In this document: positions 57,681-64,000 of the stretch, one piece after another
Layout: each line of letters starts with the position of its first letter
Position numbering within the stretch: position 1 is the stretch's first letter
From: a bacterium
GTDB taxonomy: Bacteria; Ratteibacteria; UBA8468; B48-G9; JAFGKM01
Reading direction: 5' to 3'
Length of the DNA stretch: 64,000 nt
Assembly: GCA_023230585.1 (NCBI GenBank)
Contig: JALNXB010000004.1
Span: forward strand, 10,196-74,195
Translations under genes and position numbers: made by a program
The notes under the pieces: model-generated
The model's database searches: none
Seen by the model: only the letters and a program-made list of their open reading frames with translations
What the model was told of the DNA's origin: nothing

Positions 57681-58190
57681 TTATTTTTTAAAGAAAGATT
57701 TTAACAGATCTATATTTTCAATAAAAAGGTCTGAATACTTTAAGAAGTCCTCTACTTTGGAGATAGAATCTAAGATATGTTTCCTCTGCTTATTAATCTT
57801 TTTTTCTTCTACTTTTGAAGATGGTTTAATTGAATCCTTTAATTCTGCAAGAGATTCTCTCATTGTTACCGTTCGTTTTTCTAAACCAGTTTTAAGTTTT
57901 TCTACCACTATTGACTCTATATCTTGGTTAGCTTTATAAAAACTTCTTACATATCCTTTTTTCCAGACCTTTTTTACAGCGTTCCACTCTTCAAGTTTCT
58001 TCATATTTATACTTATGTTTCCTCTACTTGCACCAAGCAATCTTCCTATCTCGGCCGGTGAAAGAGGGTCTGGACTTATGTATAAAAGAGCGTATATCTG
58101 ACATACGGTACGGTTTAAGCCAAGGCTTTCACCAATATTGCCAAGCATTTCTATAAATCTATCCCTTATTTTTTCTATATTTTTTTCCAT
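57681..58190 (-). CDS. Winged-helix transcriptional regulator (GbsR/MarR-like, COG1510-type)
   Basis: LGLNRTVCQIYALLYISPDPLSPAEIGRLLGASRGNISINMKKLEEWNAVKKVW is an HTH plus wing. 169 aa with a coiled C-terminus. Confidence 0.7.
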   Translation of the reverse strand: MEKNIEKIRDRFIEMLGNIGESLGLNRTVCQIYALLYISPDPLSPAEIGRLLGASRGNISINMKKLEEWNAVKKVWKKGYVRSFYKANQDIESIVVEKLKTGLEKRTVTMRESLAELKDSIKPSSKVEEKKINKQRKHILDSISKVEDFLKYSDLFIENIDLLKSFFKK

Positions 58191-58233
58191 AGTTTTAATT
58201 ATCTACAAAATTGTCCACCAATAACTAATCTTC

Positions 58234-59826
58234 TTAATTAAAATTTCTCTTTGAAAATTGAAGGTCACTTAAAAATTTGTAAGCTGGCTCAAAACCAGGG
58301 TTTATCCTTATAGTTTCTTCAAGATAATATGTAGCGGCTTCTTTTTTACCCATATCTGCAAGGATACAAGCAAGCATAAAGTTTGACCTAAAATCTCCCG
58401 GCATAAAATCGTAATATGCCTTTGCTTTTCTGTACCCATCGTCTAAATCTCTTTTTAAAAGTGCATACTCAATATTTTTAACACTTAACCCTGCAAAGGT
58501 TTCAAATGACACCTTAGGTATTAAAGGACCTGGGATAATATTAAATAAGGATGAAAATCCACCAACCCCTAACCACACTAATATCGGTATAAGAACTTTT
58601 TTTGCTTTGAACTTCTCAATACTCCATACAATAAAGTAGGCAGATAAAACAGTAAAACATCCAACTGCTGGTAAACGGAACCTATCAACAATAAAAAATA
58701 GAGTCACCCACACAACATTTATTATAGAGTATGAAGCAAATATAAAATTCCGTTTAAAATTTTTAATAGAAAGAACTATCAGCCCTCCCATTCCTAAAGG
58801 GAAAACAAATCCAAATTTAACAAACGCAACCCTTATAAAGGGAATTACTTTATCCAAAAGATACATATCAAGGTTCTGTGGCCATTCATAACTTGTAAAG
58901 AAAAGCCCAAGTTTCATAAAAAAGAGTTTCCAGAAGGCAAATGATAAAGGACTTAAAAGTTCTCCTTTGGGATAGTAGAATAACCCGATAGAATCTGCAC
59001 TGTTACCTATCTGCCAGTTAACAAGACCGTTTGTGCATATTGGCACAATCTCCCCTCCAACAAAATAGTTTCTAAGAGTAATAGGCAATATGGTTATTCC
59101 TGAAACAACAAGAAGTATTAACATTACAAATATAGGTTGAAATTTGACAGAACCTTTTGTAGGAAGTAATTTTTTTTGAGGATATAGGTATAGCCCTAAT
59201 AACAAAAAGGGGAGATATATAGCAATTGTAGGTTTTGAAAGAGCAGCAAGCCCAAGAACAATTCCAGACCAAACCCATCTTGATATATTTGGTTTTTCTA
59301 AGGCATAGAATATAAGAACAATAAAAAGTATAAAAAGGAAGTATATCAGAGAATCGCTTAAAACAGAAGAAGCATAAACTATTGAAGTTCTGTAAAAAAC
59401 ACTAAGAAATGCAGCAATAAGACCTACCTTCTCATTATAGATTTTTTTACCAATATAAAATAGTAAGAAAGATAAAAAAGTGTTCATTAATAATTGAAAA
59501 AATATTACCAAATTTAAGTTTGAGAAGAAGGCCTTGTATAAAAGAGCAAGAAAATATGGATATAAAGGGGTCATATAAAAAATATTACCGTCTACGTACA
59601 CGGGGTGTTTAATTATTTGCTGTGCCCAAAGCATAAATGTTTTCTGGTCGTGTTTATCCATTAAGAGAGGATTGAAATAGACTGTATCTTTAAAATAATA
59701 AAGAAAGATAATTCTTATCAATAAGCCAACTGCAAGTATGCCAAGTAACATAAGGTTTGTTCTATTGTTCAGTATTTTTTTTAGGTTTATTTTTTCCATA
59801 ATTTGTTTTATTTTCCCCTTTTTCAT
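58234..59826 (-). CDS. GT-C fold membrane glycosyltransferase (ArnT/PMT-like) with C-terminal TPR region
   Basis: 530 aa, ~12 TM helices, C-terminal TPR-like segment (YRKAKAYYDFMPGDFRSNFMLACILADMGKKEAATYYLEETIRINPGFEPAY). Confidence 0.73.
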   Translation of the reverse strand: MKKGKIKQIMEKINLKKILNNRTNLMLLGILAVGLLIRIIFLYYFKDTVYFNPLLMDKHDQKTFMLWAQQIIKHPVYVDGNIFYMTPLYPYFLALLYKAFFSNLNLVIFFQLLMNTFLSFLLFYIGKKIYNEKVGLIAAFLSVFYRTSIVYASSVLSDSLIYFLFILFIVLIFYALEKPNISRWVWSGIVLGLAALSKPTIAIYLPFLLLGLYLYPQKKLLPTKGSVKFQPIFVMLILLVVSGITILPITLRNYFVGGEIVPICTNGLVNWQIGNSADSIGLFYYPKGELLSPLSFAFWKLFFMKLGLFFTSYEWPQNLDMYLLDKVIPFIRVAFVKFGFVFPLGMGGLIVLSIKNFKRNFIFASYSIINVVWVTLFFIVDRFRLPAVGCFTVLSAYFIVWSIEKFKAKKVLIPILVWLGVGGFSSLFNIIPGPLIPKVSFETFAGLSVKNIEYALLKRDLDDGYRKAKAYYDFMPGDFRSNFMLACILADMGKKEAATYYLEETIRINPGFEPAYKFLSDLQFSKRNFN

Positions 59827-59828
59827 TT

Positions 59829-60106
59829 TAACATCCTGAACTTGTTTCAGAATCTTTCACTTAATCCACGTAACATAGGTAGTAAAAACGAGATTCCGGA
59901 TCAAGTCCGGAATGACAAGCAGATAGGGAGAAGGTGACATAGCCACACATTAACCTTTCTGCAAACCCCCGAGGGAGAGAGGATGCAAGGTGAGGGGTTC
60001 TTTTTCTTTTATGTTTTTATCCTTGCCTTTGCTTTTTTACCCCCATTCCTTTCCGCCTTCGGCGAGATTGCCACGTTAAGAAACACTCGCAAAAACGGAA
60101 TGGGGG
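59829..60106 (+). repeat. Composite intergenic repeat (modules A, B, E/C fragment, F)
   Basis: A: AACATCCTGAACTTGTTTCAGAAT. B is a perfect copy at 59882-59917. F has a perfect 10-bp closing stem, CCCCCATTCC (60040-60049) / GGAATGGGGG (60097-60106), around GAGATTGCCACGTTAAG. Confidence 0.9.
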
Positions 60107-60135
60107 TAGAGGCAAAAAGCGTGTAATCTCCTCTT

Positions 60136-61095
60136 TTATTTATGTTTCTCTTTTAAGCAATCTTTAATAATATCTTCAATATTATACTCAATCTTATAGT
60201 CAATCAGGTTTCTAATTTTTGTTGTGTCAGGCACCCTTCTCTTCATATCTTCAAACCCTTTCTTATAGATATCTTTGGGGTCAATAAACAAAATTTCAGA
60301 TTTGCTACCTGTTATTCTAATTATTGTTTCTGCAAGCTCTTTAACAGTTATCTCTTCAGAACTACCAATATTAAACACATCTCCATATATCTCTTCTTTT
60401 TTTACAAGTTGAAGCAGAGCGTTTATAACATCTAAGACGTGCATAAAACATCTTGTCTGTTCTCCAGAACCAAAAACAGTAAGCGGGTTGTTGGCTAACG
60501 CTTGAGATATAAAACGCGGAATAACCATACCATACCTTTCGCTCTGACGAGGTCCAACTGTATTAAAAAGCCTCACAATAGATATAGGAAGGTTCTTCTC
60601 CTCAAAAAAAGCAAAAGCAAGAAATTCATCAATAGCTTTTGCGCAGGCGTAACTCCATCTTTTCTTTTTTGTGTTCCCAATTATTATATCAGCATCTTCT
60701 GTAAAAGGAACTCTGTCGTTCTTGCCATAAATTTCTGAAGTTGATGCAACTAAAGTTCTTTTCATAAAGGAAGCAGATGATTTTAATACATTGTAAGTAC
60801 CTTCAACATTTATAATAACTGAATCAACTGGGTTTTCCATTACTCGTTTAACCCCCACAACAGCTGCAAGATGAAAAACAAAATCTACTTCCCTTATCAT
60901 TTCATTAAGGATTGCTTCATTTAAAATTGTATCAATTGTAAGATGAAAACCTTTCTTTTTTATTAAATGTTCTACATTGTTAAGGTTTCCTGTCGATAAA
61001 TCGTCTATTACAAAAACCTCGTTACCTTCTTTCAATAATCTTTCGGCAAGATGAGAACCAATAAAACCACATCCACCTGTAATTAGATATTTCAT
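60136..61095 (-). CDS. NAD-dependent nucleotide-sugar epimerase/dehydratase (extended SDR)
   Basis: YLITGGCGFIGSHL, YACAK YxxxK. 319 aa. It has its own TTGTCA-18-TATAAT promoter and a GGAG SD upstream. Confidence 0.8.
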   Translation of the reverse strand: MKYLITGGCGFIGSHLAERLLKEGNEVFVIDDLSTGNLNNVEHLIKKKGFHLTIDTILNEAILNEMIREVDFVFHLAAVVGVKRVMENPVDSVIINVEGTYNVLKSSASFMKRTLVASTSEIYGKNDRVPFTEDADIIIGNTKKKRWSYACAKAIDEFLAFAFFEEKNLPISIVRLFNTVGPRQSERYGMVIPRFISQALANNPLTVFGSGEQTRCFMHVLDVINALLQLVKKEEIYGDVFNIGSSEEITVKELAETIIRITGSKSEILFIDPKDIYKKGFEDMKRRVPDTTKIRNLIDYKIEYNIEDIIKDCLKEKHK

Positions 61096-61136
61096 TTTCG
61101 CTCCAGATGTTTTTATTCTCTGTTTTTATTTCTACT

Positions 61137-61166
61137 ATTATACATTTTAATAAAAATATTTGACAA
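61137..61166 (-). promoter_or_regulatory. Sigma70-like promoter for the SDR gene at 60136-61095
   Basis: On the minus strand: TTGTCA (61166-61161), 18-nt spacer, TATAAT (61142-61137). About 40 nt upstream of the ATG, which has a GGAG SD. Confidence 0.55.
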
Positions 61167-61188
61167 AAATAAAAAAAAACCTTTAAAT
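61160..61188 (+). promoter_or_regulatory. Candidate plus-strand promoter, back-to-back with the minus-strand promoter
   Basis: TTGACA (61160-61165) shares the palindromic TTTGACAAA core with the opposite -35 box. After a 17-nt spacer comes the weak -10 TTAAAT (61183-61188). Confidence 0.4.
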
Positions 61189-61206
61189 ATATGTTGATAA
61201 TTTAAG

Positions 61207-61235
61207 TTTCTGTTTATAACTTAACAGAAATTTTT
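61207..61235 (+). terminator. Terminator-like hairpin in the plus-strand leader
   Basis: TTTCTGTT (61207-61214), 8-nt loop, AACAGAAA (61223-61230): a perfect 8-bp AT-rich stem followed by TTTTT. Confidence 0.35.
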
Positions 61236-61286
61236 GGTTAAGGAGGTGAAATATACGGTTATTCAAAAATAGCCAATTAAATTCAA

Positions 61287-61361
61287 ATGAGAAGAAAGAA
61301 ACGCAAACTAAGATGGCGCTCCAAAAGAGCTAATCATAGAAAAAAAGGTACAATGGGTTAA
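61287..61361 (+). CDS. Candidate 24-aa hyper-basic small protein (MRRKKRKLRWRSKRANHRKKGTMG)
   Basis: Hand-translated; too short for the ORF track. It lies between a plus-strand TTGACA promoter and a hairpin+T-run terminator whose loop holds the stop codon. No SD directly upstream, so coding status is uncertain. Confidence 0.3.
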   Translation: MRRKKRKLRWRSKRANHRKKGTMG

Positions 61362-61380
61362 TCCCATTTTTATATATTTT
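61352..61380. terminator. Probable bidirectional intrinsic terminator (small ORF on plus, prs on minus)
   Basis: AATGGG (61352-61357), loop TTAAT, CCCATT (61363-61368), then a T-rich run TTTTATATATTTTT. On the other strand a T-run follows after 5 nt. Confidence 0.45.
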
Positions 61381-61384
61381 TCTA

Positions 61385-62314
61385 CTAAATAAATAACGAA
61401 CTGACAGAAGTTTCAAGGTGAGTTCTTTTTATAGCTTCAGCAAGTAGTTCTGAAACTGTTAACGTAGTAAACTTATCAGGCAGATTAGAGGTTGGAATAG
61501 TATCTGTTATAATAATCTCTTTAATTGGAGATTGAAGTAAATTAGCAACCGCTTCAGCCGAAAATACAGGATGAGTACAGGTGGCATAAACTTTTGAAAC
61601 TTTGTGCTGGAACAGAATATGAGCTGCTTCAATAATTGTGCTTCCGGTTGAAATTAAATCGTCAACAATAACCGCTTCGCACCCTTTTACGTCTCCAATT
61701 AAATGAACTGTTTCTACTTGATCTGGAGACAGTCGTCTTTTATCTACAATAGCAAGAGAACCGTTTAGCCTTTTTGCAAACGCTCTTGCTGTCTTAACAC
61801 CTCCAACATCAGGTGCAACAACTACCACTTTTTTAAGTTTCTTCTCTAAAAGATATTTTACAATTACCGGAGCAGCAAAAAGATGGTCAACAGGTATATC
61901 AAAAAAACCTTGTACTTGTGGAGCGTGAAGATCCATTGTTAACACTCTGTCAACACCTGCTGAAACAAGCAGGTTGGCAACAAGTTTAGCTGTTATAGGA
62001 ACTCTCGGTTTATCTTTACGATCTTGGCGAGCGTAGCCATAATATGGAAGAACTGCTGTTAATCTTCTTGGGGAGGCTCTCCTTATAGCGTCTAAAGTTA
62101 TAAGCAACTCCATAAGGTTTTCGTTCACAGGAGGGCATGTCGGTTGTATTATAAAAACATCTTTACCTCTTACGTTCTCTTCTATCTTTATTCCTATTTC
62201 ACCGTCTTTAAATTTATAAATCTCAACATTACCTAAATCTTTGTTGAGGCATTTTGCAATCTTTTTAGCAAGGTTTAAATTCGAACTTCCTGAAAACAAC
62301 AAGCAATTATTCAT
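61385..62314 (-). CDS. prs: Ribose-phosphate pyrophosphokinase
   Basis: YYGYARQDRK, DLHAPQVQGFF, and the PRPP loop VDDLISTGSTI. 309 aa. Confidence 0.95.
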   Translation of the reverse strand: MNNCLLFSGSSNLNLAKKIAKCLNKDLGNVEIYKFKDGEIGIKIEENVRGKDVFIIQPTCPPVNENLMELLITLDAIRRASPRRLTAVLPYYGYARQDRKDKPRVPITAKLVANLLVSAGVDRVLTMDLHAPQVQGFFDIPVDHLFAAPVIVKYLLEKKLKKVVVVAPDVGGVKTARAFAKRLNGSLAIVDKRRLSPDQVETVHLIGDVKGCEAVIVDDLISTGSTIIEAAHILFQHKVSKVYATCTHPVFSAEAVANLLQSPIKEIIITDTIPTSNLPDKFTTLTVSELLAEAIKRTHLETSVSSLFI

Positions 62315-63053
62315 TGTTATTCCCCTTTAAAATTAGTTCAACTCTTTTAAAATCATCATCTGTGTTGATACCGAGACATTCTTCTAACTTGTCTGTTGTG
62401 TAGGTGTCAATTTTTTTACCCTCATCGTACAATATTTTAATAACATCAGTTAAGTAATACTCTCCCTTTACTTTATCTTTTTTTACCTTCTTTAGAGCGT
62501 TAAAGAGTTCAAAAGAGTTAAAAATATATATGCCTGAATTAATTTCTTTAATTTCTTTTTCTATATCGGATGCGTTTATCTCTTCTACAATAGAATGTAC
62601 CGAACCTTTAGAATCTCTTTTTATTCTTCCGTACCCAAAAGGGTCATACATAGATACGCTAAGAATCGTCCCAACATTCTGGTCTTGCCTATGTTTATCA
62701 ATTAGAGAAGAGAGGGTTTCTTTACTTATTAGAGGAACATCTCCACAGAGTATTAAAACGTCACCATCAAACCCGTTTAAATTTTTGTCTGCTTGCAATA
62801 CAGCGTGCCCTGTTCCTAATGGATTTAGTTGTTCTGCATATTCAACATTTTTTTCTTTAAGAATCTCAAAAATTTCCTCTTTTTTATACCCAACAATTAT
62901 TACAATTTTTTCGGGTGAAAGTTTATCTATAGTATCGATGATATAGAGAAGTAATGGTTTATTTAAGAGTTTCCTAGCAACTTTTTGAGTTTTTCCGCCA
63001 AGTCGTTTTCCTCTACCTGCTGCTAATATTATAATAGCAAGTTTTTTTTGCAT
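62307..63053 (-). CDS. Sugar-1-phosphate nucleotidyltransferase corresponding to the GlmU N-terminal (uridyltransferase) domain only
   Basis: AIIILAAGRGKRL, GTGHAV, LILCGDVPL. Only 248 aa, so there is no left-handed beta-helix acetyltransferase domain. 8-nt overlap with prs. Confidence 0.78.
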   Translation of the reverse strand: MQKKLAIIILAAGRGKRLGGKTQKVARKLLNKPLLLYIIDTIDKLSPEKIVIIVGYKKEEIFEILKEKNVEYAEQLNPLGTGHAVLQADKNLNGFDGDVLILCGDVPLISKETLSSLIDKHRQDQNVGTILSVSMYDPFGYGRIKRDSKGSVHSIVEEINASDIEKEIKEINSGIYIFNSFELFNALKKVKKDKVKGEYYLTDVIKILYDEGKKIDTYTTDKLEECLGINTDDDFKRVELILKGNNNE

Positions 63054-63104
63054 AATGGTCCTGATTGTTTTGTGGTTAATGAAATGTTATTTGACAAAAG
63101 GATG

Positions 63105-63175
63105 CTGCCCGGCGAGGATTTGAACCTCGAATATCGGATCCAAAGACCGGTGTGTTACCATTACACTACCGGGCA
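63105..63175 (-). tRNA. tRNA-Gln (anticodon UUG)
   Basis: The reverse complement folds by hand into a cloverleaf. Acceptor UGCCCGG/CCGGGCA with a U1-A72 pair, D arm GUGU-AAUGGUA-ACAC, anticodon loop CUUUGGA, T arm CGAGG-UUCAAAU-CCUCG, discriminator G. No encoded CCA. The anticodon stem has only 3 Watson-Crick pairs. Confidence 0.8.
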
Positions 63176-63228
63176 AGAATAAGAATCTTTTTAAAATAGA
63201 ACAAAAATCATAAATTTATAAAATTTCT

Positions 63229-63594
63229 TTATTTTTTTGATTCAAAATCGTACTCTTCAAGAACTTTGCTCTGCAGATACTCACGAAACTCTGTTTTTAT
63301 TGGATGAGCTAAATCCCTATGATGTTGTGAAGGCACAACATCTTTTTCTATTATAGGATTTAAACCAATGCCGCAAGAACCGCAAAACTTGTTTGTTACG
63401 GCATTTTTAAAACCGCATTTTTGACAATCTCTTTGCATTTTCTTGCTTGGCATAGCAACAAAAAGTCCTTTTTTACCTTCTATTATTCTAATATCTCTGA
63501 CTACAAAAACATCATCAAAGGTAACAGATGCATAAGCTCTTAGTCTGCTGTTTGGTCTACCTACAAGAGAAATTCTTGTTTCAGTAATCTCCAT
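63229..63594 (-). CDS. spoVG: SpoVG-family protein with an inserted zinc ribbon
   Basis: MEITETRISLV...RLRAYASVTFDDVFVVRDIRIIEGKKGLFVAMPSKK ... HRDLAHPI matches SpoVG. About 35 extra residues, DCQKCGFKNAVTNKFCGSCG, sit where canonical SpoVG has a short loop. Confidence 0.85.
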   Translation of the reverse strand: MEITETRISLVGRPNSRLRAYASVTFDDVFVVRDIRIIEGKKGLFVAMPSKKMQRDCQKCGFKNAVTNKFCGSCGIGLNPIIEKDVVPSQHHRDLAHPIKTEFREYLQSKVLEEYDFESKK

Positions 63595-63606
63595 TATCCC
63601 TCCTTT

Positions 63607-64000
63607 CTAAGAAGTTGTTACACTGCAAGCTACCAAGCTTTTCCATCCTTTAACTGTTACTTCTTCGGCTTTCTCTTCAGCTTCCTTTTTAGTTTTATAT
63701 ATAGCAAAGAGAGTACCGCCACTACCTGATAAAAATATTCTTTTACCAGTACTTCTTTCCAAACTATTCTTCACCTCCTTTATTTTTGGATATAGGTTGT
63801 AACAGCTTTCAGATAACCTATTTTCAAGCAGTTTCTCAAGATTCGAGATATTTGAGTTGTTAACCAAACTAAGTATCATTTTAATTTTTTCAGAAGCTTT
63901 TGTCAAATCTCCTTTAACCCCCATTCTATCCATATTCATATAAACACTTTTTGTAGAGACAGGAAAGTTTGGAATAAAGAGATTATAAAACAGCGGTTCT
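63607..64000 (-). CDS. ispE: 4-diphosphocytidyl-2-C-methyl-D-erythritol kinase, C-terminal part (5' end beyond window)
   Basis: The track ORF starts at an internal Met (63939), but the frame stays open to position 64000 (...EPLFYNLFIPNFPVSTKSVYMNMD...). GHMP-kinase C-terminal motif RIFLSGSGGTLFAIY. Confidence 0.72.
   Translation of the reverse strand, partial: EPLFYNLFIPNFPVSTKSVYMNMDRMGVKGDLTKASEKIKMILSLVNNSNISNLEKLLENRLSESCYNLYPKIKEVKNSLERSTGKRIFLSGSGGTLFAIYKTKKEAEEKAEEVTVKGWKSLVACSVTTS

Noticed and set aside
61240-61250. Perfect Shine-Dalgarno TAAGGAGGTGA as the start of a missed gene
   Set aside because: No ATG/GTG/TTG lies at 5-10 nt spacing. The nearby frames stop within 4-9 codons (GTG AAA TAT ACG GTT ATT CAA AAA TAG; ATA TAC ... 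AAT TAA), and it is 40 nt from the small basic ORF. It is kept only as part of the finding on that unit.
63054-63228. tRNA-Gln as an integration site marking the 25-61 kb glycan region as a genomic island
   Set aside because: There is no integrase, no direct repeat of the tRNA 3' end that I could find by eye, and no obvious compositional break. The tRNA sits within conserved spoVG-glmU-prs synteny.

Overview
AT-rich bacterial chromosomal window; I cannot assign taxonomy from the sequence alone. I support 58 protein genes (52 on the minus strand), one tRNA, and a large family of structured intergenic repeats. There are no rRNA genes, CRISPR arrays, transposases, integrases or phage genes.

Layout:
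- 1-25 kb is housekeeping. It holds a HEAT-repeat secreted protein that runs off the left edge and is missing from the ORF track, then nnrE-like, murC, murG, topA, an orphan HisA-like barrel, a PLD-like protein and a citramalate/isopropylmalate synthase. These are followed by an M20 peptidase, NfeD, LOG, a phosphohexomutase, truB, a DHH phosphoesterase, hflX, rplU, valS, DUF503, yajC, tgt and queA.
- 25-61 kb is one very large, mostly overlapping minus-strand glycan-biosynthesis region. It has four GT-C (ArnT/PMT-like) membrane transferases and five GT2 enzymes (four of them small, Dpm1/ArnC-size). It also has an Arn-like UDP-GlcA module (ugd, UXS, CE4 deacetylase, methyltransferase, AsnB-like amidotransferase) and a Wzx-type flippase with GT4/GT2/GT10/CgeB-like transferases. 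The rest is a CDP-3,6-dideoxyhexose cassette (rfbF/G/H) interrupted by a split transketolase, then gmd/fcl and a GbsR/MarR-like regulator.
- 61-64 kb has the Firmicute-like synteny ispE - spoVG - tRNA-Gln - glmU(N-domain only) - prs.

Most unusual signals:
1. A modular, hairpin-rich intergenic repeat family occurs at 13 or more loci. Every copy I could align lies in the same orientation on the plus strand. It behaves like a BIME/REP-type system, generates phantom ORFs, and in one case supplies the last codons of a gene.
2. The rfbF-rfbG-SDR-tktN-tktC-rfbH cassette has a fully conserved E1 iron-sulfur motif but no E3 reductase in the window.
3. Zinc-ribbon insertions occur in SpoVG and in an SDR epimerase.
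4. A tiny plus-strand unit (promoter, hairpin, orphan Shine-Dalgarno (SD) sequence, 24-codon hyper-basic ORF, terminator) sits between prs and an SDR gene.

All calls come from reading the sequence and remembered family motifs. No database search was run.
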